A DNA stretch of 60,478 bases, the filler included, from Hausera hauseri (taxonomy: Eukaryota): the NCBI GenBank assembly GCA_046269625.1. It is 10 parts of 10 records of this genome, joined end to end, with 100 filler letters (N's around TTAATTAATTAA, not from the genome) between each part and the next. Parts side by side here need not be neighbours in the genome. Positions count along the whole stretch, not along the records: positions 47,692 to 55,108 come from JBJURY010015899.1; positions 55,209 to 60,478 come from JBJURY010294724.1; 8 more parts are not named here. The stretch is one strand, 5' to 3'. Position numbers and translations under genes: made by a program. Shown here in pieces: positions 48,317-57,411 of the stretch. The notes beneath the pieces are model-generated. The model was not told the origin of the DNA, ran no database searches, and saw only the letters and a list, made by a program, of their open reading frames with translations. Every line of letters starts with the position of its first letter. Position 1 is the stretch's first letter.

Positions 48317-49525
48317 TTATTCCAAAAAATCATCCCGACTACCGTCAGTTCGGTACAACATAAAATCGCCGAGATCATATATGAGGCACCGCTTCAAACA
48401 CGCTTCCTTCTGGCTCAAATCCATATGCCTCGGCCAAAAATTTAGTTGGCTATTATAAGTGAAGATGACAGGAACAGCCGAAGGCACAACTACAGATTTG
48501 TACAATCTCCTAATTGAACGATTGTCATTAGGGTGATTACACTGGATGATAGACAGAAAGATGTCAGGGCACACGTCACCAAAGCCGACGTCATCGAAGA
48601 CCAACAAGTCAAACTCCCCACTCCACTCAGAAGGAGTATCGTGTAAGAAGTGCAAAACAAGAGGATTGGTTCCCTGCGAGATGGCATAAAAAGTTTTGCC
48701 TATATTAGATGAACTGAAAATAAGGGCAGAATTGACACCTCTATTTAAATCAAAGGCAATGGGCGGAAGTGTAAATTGAAGTTCCCTATTGACAGACACT
48801 TTAGGCCTAAATTTGGCACTTACGTACGATGTTAGCATTTTATTCCTGGTGACAAATTCAGCCCTGTCACCTTCCTTCATTATGGCCATGGCATCATTAA
48901 AAGTTGGGGCCTCATCAAACATGCGATACAAAGCCTTTCGGCTCGTATTGTCCTTCGCAATGTCGATGGGAGGTACCCCAAATTCCATTACTAAAGAGTT
49001 TAACTTCACTTCCTTGCAGTGGTATTTGTATACAGCAAATACGTCATTCCTAAATGGTATAACATACTGCAAATCGAAAACGGACTTAAATCTACTAAGG
49101 CGCATCGGGTTTCTTATATAAAATAAAAGATGTAGGTGCCTAAATCCACTAGGACTGACGTCCTCTACAATTTTACAGTAAGCGTGATACGTTATTAATT
49201 TACGTAATAAACAACAAACATAAGTTACAACATCAGAATTTAATGGGAAATCAATAACACACATAAAATGCCTAAAAGTGGCACCAACTGGTGGTAAAAC
49301 TAACTCACCAATGGAAGACGGAAAGCGTGTTTGAAGTGCATGTGCAATTTCGTTATCGGCATTTGGGAAAAGTAGAACATAGCTGTCAACGGCATTTTGA
49401 ATAGTGAAGTTGCGACCGTAACCCTGCATGAAATAAATATATTAAACAAAATAACAAATACTAACGATTTGATTCCTTTCAGCCCTGGAAACCAAGACAT
49501 TTTCGTTATTTGAAGATTCAGACAT
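48317..49525 (-). CDS. rep: CRESS-DNA-virus-type Rep (HUH endonuclease + SF3 helicase), spliced, 388 aa
   Basis: Motif I-like FMCVIDFP, motif II RHLHLLF, motif III YKYHCKE, Walker A SSSNIGKT, Walker B LLVFDD, motif C IFTYN, Arg-finger-like ACLKR. Exon 1 49466-49525 (MSESSNNENVLVSRAERNQI), 42-nt GT-AG intron 49424-49465, joins in frame; AATAAA overlaps the stop. Confidence 0.88.
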
Positions 49526-49533
49526 GATTTTTA

Positions 49534-49581
49534 ATATGAGGCCATGTATAAATTACAATAAATTTATACATGATCTCATAT
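49534..49581. repeat. 21-bp inverted repeat (2 mismatches, 6-nt loop) just upstream of the Rep ATG
   Basis: ATATGAGGCCATGTATAAATT-acaata-AATTTATACATGATCTCATAT. Confidence 0.85.
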
Positions 49582-49681
49582 CATTGGAATATGTCAACAC
49601 AATAAACAACACAAATAATAAATGCAAATCAAATAAATTAAACAAATATACATACCTAATCTGAAACTTTCTTCACTTCTT

Positions 49682-49759
49682 TGAGTTATGAGCACCAATA
49701 GGAATAAGTTACTATATACATACTATATGTACTACATTCCTATTGGTTCTCATTACTCA
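49682..49759. promoter_or_regulatory. 24-bp inverted repeat carrying two opposed CCAAT boxes (divergent promoter or origin hairpin)
   Basis: TGAGTTATGAGCACCAATAGGAAT ... ATTCCTATTGGTTCTCATTACTCA with inner TACATA-cta-TATGTA; ACCAATAGGAAT recurs at ~51339. Confidence 0.7.
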
Positions 49760-49968
49760 TTACTTTTCTAAAGATTACAAGAAGATAAAGGAATTACACA
49801 TAAAGAAACCAATTTATATACTTACATTTGTAAGTAGTATATAAAAATAATTATTAAAATATGAGTAATAAGGCCTAGATGCCTTGTTTAAAACGAAAAT
49901 TAAAACAAGAAGCACATGACACAACTGCAAACATCATTTTTAAGAAATTCCAAGAATAAAAAGGATAA

Positions 49969-50238
49969 ATGGTAAATATTTATAATTTTTCATAAATTAA
50001 TATATTTAAGGCACCATTTGCCGATCAAAACAGATTCTATAAAATTCTTCTAAAGAAAATCATGGAAATTAACAAAGATATAAAATTAAAGAAAAAAGAA
50101 ATTAAAAAACTTAATTCCGAACTACTACAAAACGACAATTGCGCGCTTAGCCACAAATTCTGGCTCAATAGAATGAGACTACTGAATGCCCGCCTAGACA
50201 AAATACAAGATATACAATGGGATAAAGAAAAAATTTAA
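49969..50238 (+). CDS. Small basic coiled-coil protein, spliced (76 aa), missed by the ORF track
   Basis: ATG 49969-49971, 39-nt GT-AG intron 49972-50010, then open APFADQNRFYKILLKKIMEINKDIKLKKKE...WDKEKI*; AATAAA downstream. Confidence 0.5.
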
Positions 50239-50587
50239 ATAATCGACAATTTGTATGATTGTGATATTAATCCAATGTTTGAAAATCAATATTCTGAAAT
50301 TTTATATATTGAATAAATATTTGTACGCGTTCATTTTCTTCCTTTTAAATCTATATAAAAAATTTCTTTTAAATAAAAAAATGAGCACAATAAAAAAGTT
50401 AAATTAAAAAAATGTACAAAAAAGTACTATAAGCGTATAAAAAATCCCACCCACACCTACCCAATATACGGCTGCATACGGTGGGAATCAAGTAATAAAA
50501 CACACAAACTTCTTTATACAAAAATATGTAAACATTGAAGAACCAATAGACAAAACCAATTTTATTATTAAAAAATATATACAATTG

Positions 50588-50944
50588 TTATCCTGCTGCA
50601 AGTTTTCCATTATTAACATATTCATCCACAACAGCAATTTGCGTATACAAATTATTCAGATCAATATATCGATTTCTTCTGCATTTGACTAAAACAATCT
50701 GCTTCTCACCATCAATTCCAACATCGTATATCTGTATGTCCCTTTTCCAATCTGCATTGATGAAATTGAAATACATATTATCAGTCCATTGAAGAACACA
50801 TGGAACTGATAAAGTCAGCATTATTGTGTCATGGGACAAATATGAGAAATCCAAAAGTGTTAAGTAGTATGTATTTGGTGTTTGCATTTTCAGTCTTATA
50901 CAATATAAGTTACGTATATATAGTTTTACAGTGTATGTATGCAT
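50588..50944 (-). CDS. Hypothetical beta-rich protein
   Basis: Intact ORF (likely start MQTPN at ~50887) followed by AATAAA. Confidence 0.55.
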   Translation of the reverse strand: MHTYTVKLYIRNLYCIRLKMQTPNTYYLTLLDFSYLSHDTIMLTLSVPCVLQWTDNMYFNFINADWKRDIQIYDVGIDGEKQIVLVKCRRNRYIDLNNLYTQIAVVDEYVNNGKLAAG

Positions 50945-50993
50945 CCAATAAAAATCATTGAAGAATATAATACATATTTATTTATATAACATC

Positions 50994-51275
50994 TCAGTCT
51001 TCGTCTGATTCTTCATCCCTCGCATCCATCCATACTGACCACCATGCACTGTGGTATTCATCTCCCTCGATGGTATCCAATGTCGATATCCGACAGCGCA
51101 TAAAACGCTTGTCTCCATAGAAAACGTCTGCAAAGTTCGTACTTCTTCTGCATACTGGACATGACTTGTTAATGTTAATCCACTGAATGAAACAATTGTA
51201 GCAGTGTCGATGAATGCAACTGGCCATACACGCATTGAATGACGTACAAGTTTCCAAACAAATAGAGCAGTTCAT
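50994..51275 (-). CDS. Small C3HC4 RING-finger protein (putative E3 ligase) with acidic tail
   Basis: CSIC-x-CIHRHCYNC..W....SCPVCR; TATATAAAG ~30 nt upstream; AATAAA after the stop. Confidence 0.88.
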   Translation of the reverse strand: MNCSICLETCTSFNACMASCIHRHCYNCFIQWININKSCPVCRRSTNFADVFYGDKRFMRCRISTLDTIEGDEYHSAWWSVWMDARDEESDED

Positions 51276-51409
51276 CTTTTAACACTGAGTTTAAGTTTTC
51301 TACACTTTATATAGTATTTCTCATACTAATAAGAATCAACCAATAGGAATTAAGACACACACATGAAAAGTATATATACCGTATTAGTTTGTCATAATTT
51401 GAAAACAAA

Positions 51410-51748
51410 ATGATTGAAGATATTGTACAAGGTTCAAATCAAGGGCGATTTAATTTCCCAGTAATTGATAGTGACATAGCATATGGGTTTCCGCTCAAAT
51501 TACAAAGATGGACAATGACTGACAATGGCATAAGAATCAACATTAGTCCAAACAGTATTGAAACAAATGTACGTTATCAGATAGCTCTGGATAAAAGATT
51601 TTTCAGTGGAATGAAACTATTGTACGCGTATTATGATGATGAACAATTCATTATCAGTTTGGAAACAAACGAAGTCGAACAATGCGACAAGTTGGATAGC
51701 AAAATTGGATCAAGAGTGGGTTGTTTAAGAGTTATTGCTATAATTTAG
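51410..51748 (+). CDS. Hypothetical beta-rich protein
   Basis: Intact 112-aa ORF with CCAAT and TATA upstream, A-rich start context and AATAAA right after the stop. Confidence 0.65.
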   Translation: MIEDIVQGSNQGRFNFPVIDSDIAYGFPLKLQRWTMTDNGIRINISPNSIETNVRYQIALDKRFFSGMKLLYAYYDDEQFIISLETNEVEQCDKLDSKIGSRVGCLRVIAII

Positions 51749-52076
51749 TTTAATAAATGTTTGTGTCAAATTTGTGTGCTTATTTTTACAAAAGCTTTTA
51801 GGTGAAAATATTATATGGATATTTATTAAATCAAATATTATGGATAATTATTATGTCGACAAAATATAAAGTACAATTTTTCAAATATTACAATCATATT
51901 TCAACACACACATTACAAAGGCAGTAAGTAAAATGAAAAACGTATAAATAAAACAACACCAATAAGTCAAATGAAAACATGATAAAGCAAAACATGATAA
52001 GACAAAAACACAAGACAAATCAATAATTTTGGCCCTGAAGAGGACCGTTTAACATTCTCATCATCACTTCTTTTAT

Positions 52077-53128
52077 CTACTTATAATATTTATTTATAAT
52101 TTTACATTTTTTGTAAATAATCCGCTCCATAGGCTTCTCCACCTCATCTGTCTGCATTTCAGCTTCCACAAAATTTTCACTGCATTGCACCTCCTTATCT
52201 TCACTTTCGTTCCTAACTGTCTGATTTCCTATATCTTTCACTTTCAATGAAATGCCCACTGATTTATTTACCATCTGGACATTGACACATTGGACTTCCT
52301 TTTCTGCTGTGTTACACTTTTTGCGCAACTGTTGCAATGACCGGCCTTGACTTTCAATCACTCGCTGGTAATGAGCGATTTGTTCCTTTAAATTTCGAAT
52401 TTCCTTCATTTCCTCGGTCATTTCTACCTTCTCGGATGTACGCTGCGGTTTTGTTGTGATTTCAAACCGCTTGTTCAAATTTTTATGTAGTTTGGGGTCA
52501 GCAATGTTGTCCAGTTGCATTTCAACAATTTCATGACCTTCCTTCATTTTGAGACTGATTCTCCTCCTTTTCCGATTTTCATATTCGTGCTGCCATTTTG
52601 TCCGCAGCTTTTCAGTGACTGCTTTACGCTCCTGTGTACAGTCAGCCGCATCAAGTGCCCGTTTCAACTTTTCTTGCCTCTGTTTGGTCACTCGAGGCTC
52701 TCCAGTTTCCTTCAATAAAACGGGCTTCTTCTTTTCTATTACAAAATCATCATCTGAATTGAATAATTCTTCCGACTGTGTTACTGCAATATCTTCGCGC
52801 AGTTGTCGGATAATATCAGTTTTGTTGGCATTTACACTGGATGATTTGTCCATGTCAACATTGTCTGAAATGTAAAATTAACTTTGTAAAAGTTGAAAAA
52901 TTTCTTACCAATTATCTGAGCAATATCCACCAAATCTTGAGTGAGATGTTCTGTAACATTTTCGGCCGGGTTGTAAATTTGGTATTGATCATTTTCGGTT
53001 GTTGTTGGACAATACTGCAGCATTTTTTTCTTTTCCGCCTCATGTGCAGCGACAATTAGTTGCTGCTTGATTTCTTTCCCGATTGGTGCTGCTTTCATGA
53101 AATTTGAAAACTCCTTTGAACAATTCAT
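52077..53128 (-). CDS. Charged coiled-coil protein, spliced (335 aa)
   Basis: ORFs 52832-53128 and 52077-52853 join in frame via a 44-nt intron 52865-52908 (GTAAGA...TTTCAG), giving QIIDNVDMDKSS; KRRR NLS-like; KEVQC/DIGNQT/EAEMQT resemble LC8-binding QT motifs. Confidence 0.75.
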
Positions 53129-53189
53129 TGTAGTTTTGTCGATTGTAATAATGACAAAATAATGACAAACACTTCTTTATATACTCTAA

Positions 53190-53255
53190 TTAATATACCG
53201 CAACGTAAAATGTGTCATATTGACAAATGAAATATTTTACGTTGCGGTATATTAA
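53190..53255. repeat. Perfect 22-bp inverted repeat with a hairpin inside the loop
   Basis: TTAATATACCGCAACGTAAAAT (53190-53211) / ATTTTACGTTGCGGTATATTAA (53234-53255); loop contains TGTCA-tat-TGACA. Confidence 0.95.
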
Positions 53256-53294
53256 ATACGTTGTTCAACAAAATGTTACATTATGACAACACTT

Positions 53295-53475
53295 TTTCTG
53301 CTTATTTGTGTGTGTGTGTGTACAAATGTAATACTGTCATTTGTGTTAACAATATATTAAATATGTGTTTGTACAAATGTATTATCGTCATTTGTGTTCA
53401 CAATATATATTTAATGTGTGTACAAATGTATTATTGTCATTTATATATTAAATGTGTGTACAAATGTAACATTAT
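53295..53475. repeat. Iterated TGTACAAATGTA-containing repeats (4 copies, ~38-50-bp spacing)
   Basis: TGTACAAATGTA at ~53299, 53370, 53419 and 53457, mostly followed by ...GTCATTT. Confidence 0.8.
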
Positions 53476-53577
53476 TTATTGTAATAGTTTTGTCACCTTG
53501 TGTATATTTGTTCCTTCATTTTTATTGGCTGATTGAATTAAAAAATAACTATATATATTCAGATTATTACAAATTAA

Positions 53578-54204
53578 ATGAAAATGTATAGTTACATATT
53601 TCTTTTGTGCACATTTGCACAAACGGTTTTATTATCAAACAATACAGCAAACAGTACAGTGAACAATACAGCAAACAGTACACTGAACAGTACACTGAAC
53701 GAAACACTGAACAGTATAGTGAACGAAATAGTGAACAATACAGTTGCAGACGAAGTCATTTTATTTGATGAGAAATTTCTGGATTATATATATATCGATG
53801 AATACAGATATATGACCGATAATATTATGATACGATTAACCGAAAGATTGCCGAAAAATGCAGTTTTAATGTTAGAAATTGTATATAGAAATAAATCACT
53901 AAAGAAAAGTTGTTGTATTGTTACAGACAGTGATGTTAGAGCAGTGCGTAGGAAAACATTTCCTAATCAAGAATATATGTTACATTTATCTATTCATCGC
54001 AATTATGGAGATTTTTGGGTACGAACAGCAATAATCAGTCGTCAATTGTCCAAACAAGAAAGTAAACAGATATCAAATCAACAAATTGACATATGGAAAC
54101 TTGAAGACATCGGATTGATATTCGCAATGGTCTTGGCATTCTTTGGATTCATTTATATAATAACTGTTTTTATTATATGTTTTAAGAAACGTTTGTTGGT
54201 GTAA
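53578..54204 (+). CDS. Type I membrane glycoprotein
   Basis: Signal peptide MYSYIFLLCTFAQTVLLS; seven N-X-T sequons encoded by 12-nt repeats; C-terminal TM IGLIFAMVLAFFGFIYIITVFIICF then KKR; AATAAA at the stop. Confidence 0.8.
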   Translation: MKMYSYIFLLCTFAQTVLLSNNTANSTVNNTANSTLNSTLNETLNSIVNEIVNNTVADEVILFDEKFLDYIYIDEYRYMTDNIMIRLTERLPKNAVLMLEIVYRNKSLKKSCCIVTDSDVRAVRRKTFPNQEYMLHLSIHRNYGDFWVRTAIISRQLSKQESKQISNQQIDIWKLEDIGLIFAMVLAFFGFIYIITVFIICFKKRLLV

Positions 54205-55108
54205 TAAATATTTTACTACGTCTTATTTAAAATAAATATAAATAATTAATGTACATTTCATCAGTGTTTTATCACAGAACCAGAAAACTGAATGTAAGGA
54301 GTAAACCTAGAACGGCATAAGTACAAGAAGGCAGAACAAGGATACGTAAAGTAAAATTTTTTAAATCAGCAGCGGAAGAAACTGTTCAATAGGATGACAA
54401 GCAAGCACTTATTAAGGAAAACAAAAGTCAAGTATGATTTAACTTTATTTGGATCAGTTACACCCTGTGCTGTGCCATTCACTAGTGTTAAAGCAGGAAA
54501 CGGGGCTCCCCTAAGGGGTCCGACACTTGAATTGCACATCAATTTTATTGTGCACCTGAAACATGGGATCAAGTACTGCCTGTCACCCATATGGTGTGCA
54601 GGCTAAGTCCAGGCTTTTGTGAATAGAATGGATCTTTCACCTGAAAGAGTTATTCAGTAGCAGTAGCCTAAGACAATCTCCTTTGCTCAAGTTCAGAAAG
54701 GAAGTGGCAGAACCCTGTAAGTTTCTAACTGGGAGCAATACTTGAAGCAGCCTTGATTGGCCCACCAGTCCTTGCTCTTAGTTTCACATCATAAACTATG
54801 ACAAAATATATCATATCACTTCATAATATTTCTAATGTTAACAGAACAAGTTTCGTTGTCAGATTTAAAAGCTGCATAGACTAATGATAAATTATTTTTG
54901 CCTGAAACAACTTTCCATTCTAGGGCCATCTCATGTATCTGTGAACAAAACATAAAGAAATAAATTATAGTAATTACAGAATTTTTAATTTTGAGGGAAA
55001 AATAGGTTATTTCAAGAAACCGCAAGGGGGTCGGGTGGGGGAAATAACCATGCCTCTATAATGGTTTAAAGTATTAATCAGAAGGCCAAGTGATAATAAA
55101 TACATAGA

Positions 55109-55208
55109 NNNNNNNNNNNNNNNNNNNNNNNNNNNNNNNNNNNNNNNNNNNNTTAATTAATTAANNNNNNNNNNNNNNNNNNNNNNNNNNNNNNNNNNNN
55201 NNNNNNNN
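55109..55208. other. Artificial contig linker
   Basis: 44N-TTAATTAATTAA-44N. Confidence 0.99.
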
Positions 55209-56112
55209 TTCTAAAATCCTTCTTTACCGAATCATGTTTTCGCACGATGAAAAAGAATCCATCCGTCAACAACATTGTACCATATTGTCACCGTGCACCA
55301 GCGCCCAGTTAAACAAAAAGGCCGTCCATTGTCTTCTGGACGACGAAAAGCTATAGAATTTGAATTTCAAGCCTGGGAACAAGCAGGTATCATCTGTTTC
55401 ACAAAATCCCTCTTCACATAGTCGCCAAAATATACGGGACCATTAGACCTTGTGGCGACTACCGTCAATTAAATGCATTAACAATCATGGATGCATACCT
55501 TTTGCTGCTTATAAATGATATTTTTTATCGCCTTTATGGATCCACAATTTGGCCTCTTTGGACTTGCATAAAGTGTATCACCAAATACCTGTCAATGCAG
55601 ATTACATTGCCAAAACTGCTGTCACCACCCAACTTGGTTTATTCGAATACGCCTTATTCCCTTTGGCCTTCGAAATACGTCCCAAACTTTCCAACGGCAT
55701 ATCGACACCATTCTTGCTGGTTTAGATTTCGCCTTTCCATATATTGATGATATTCTAATAGCCGCCTCTTCGCCATGACAGCATACCGAACATTTGCGAG
55801 TAGTACTCCATCGCTTACATCAGCATAACCTACAAATAAACTATGAGAAATGCACATTCTTCCAAAAACGCATTAACTTCCTGGGCCATATAATCTTGTC
55901 TAGTAAACATTCACCACAGCCTGATAGAATAGTCCATCTCAAGAATGTCAAGTTTCCACACACTCCTTCCAATATGCGTAGTTTCTTTGGCACACCATAT
56001 CAAAGAAAATTTAAAGGCCGTCGAATTACTAGCTTTCCCCGATCCCTACACTGAGCCAGTACTGTCAGCTGACGTCTATATTATTGCATCAGGAGCAGTT
56101 CTTCATCAAATA

Positions 56113-57411
56113 CCGTATACGGCTAAAAATGGCTACATTTACATCTAAACTCACAACTTTTCTACAATCAGAGCTTCAATAATTTTTTTGTTTTTGATAG
56201 ATGCTTAATTATCAANNNNNNNNNNTTATGAATCAGTATATTAATCTGAAATTCAGTTCTTTTATTTTGTAGTTAAAAATGAGTAGCAAAAATGAAACTA
56301 TTAATAATTTATTTAAAGCAGGAATGACTCCTACTAAAATTTCCAAAATCCTAAAAGTTCACAGAGTGACGGTGTACAAGGTCAAAAATAAGTTTATGGC
56401 CACTGGAAGTGTCCAAACAATATCTGGAAGTGGAAGACCACGCATTACAAGGACTTCTGCTATCATGAAGTCCATTAAAAACAAAATTTGTTACAATCCG
56501 GTAAGATCGATGCGGAAGATGGCCAAGGAGGTTGGAATAAATGAGAAGACCATCAGGCGGATTGCCATGAGGATCTGGAAGCCAAGTCAAGAGTACGGCC
56601 CAAAAATATCTCATTAATGATCAAACGAAAATAAGGATATTTGAGAGAAGTGAAGCCCTTCTTAATGTGCTAAAAGATCCCAAACCCGTCATCTTTTATC
56701 AGATGAAAATGTGTTTACAGTCAATTCCGCATCCAACAGACGCCATGACAGATACATCAGCACAGAAAAGCCAGAAAATGTCTCCGATAAGTTTAATTAC
56801 AGTTTCAGAACCAAACATCCAGCCTCCATGATGATACTTGGTTTGGGAGCCTCTGATGGTAAAAATATGCCTCCAGTTTTCATTGAATATGGACTAAAAA
56901 TCGATGAAAATATCTGCATTAACATCCTGAGAGAAAATGTCAAGCCGTGGATATCGAATCAACCTACTCACCAAACAAAATATGCATTTTCCAGCAAAAT
57001 GGCTCCCCTATGCCCACCACCAAAAACACCCCAGATTGACTTCAGACCAACTTCAAGGACTTCTGGACAAAGAACATGTGGCCCCATAGTTCTCCGGATT
57101 TGAATCCTTTAGACGTTTGTACAAAAAGGTGCCTGTGTTCAACCAAATTCATCAGTTTCACACTTTTAATCTTACAACACCAAAATATGGAACAATATGA
57201 ACGAGGTATACATTACGAACACTTGTTTTGCTTTGAGGCCTTGTTATGAGACTGTCATTAAGGCCAAGGGTGCTCACACTAAATGATAATGTATTCTGTA
57301 GCATTAAAATAATAACTTGTATTAAATGTGATTTTGAAAAGTTTGTTTTGCCTTAGTTTTGTGACAAATTCTAAACCTGGGGTTAAATACAGCCATTTTA
57401 GCCTCATACGG
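56113..57411 (+). mobile_element. Tc1/mariner (maT/DD37D-like) DNA transposon with TIRs and TA target duplication
   Basis: TA|CCGTATACGGCTAAAAATGGCT ... AGCCATTTTAGCCTCATACGG|TA; removing it restores the gypsy RNase H reading (HQI-YNEIHEPL). Confidence 0.92.
56279..57287 (+). pseudogene. maT-like transposase, frameshifted
   Basis: SGRPR, NPVRSMRKMAKE, SDEN-FTV, TKHPASMM, FQQNGSP, FWTKNMWPHSSPDLNPLD. Confidence 0.88.
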
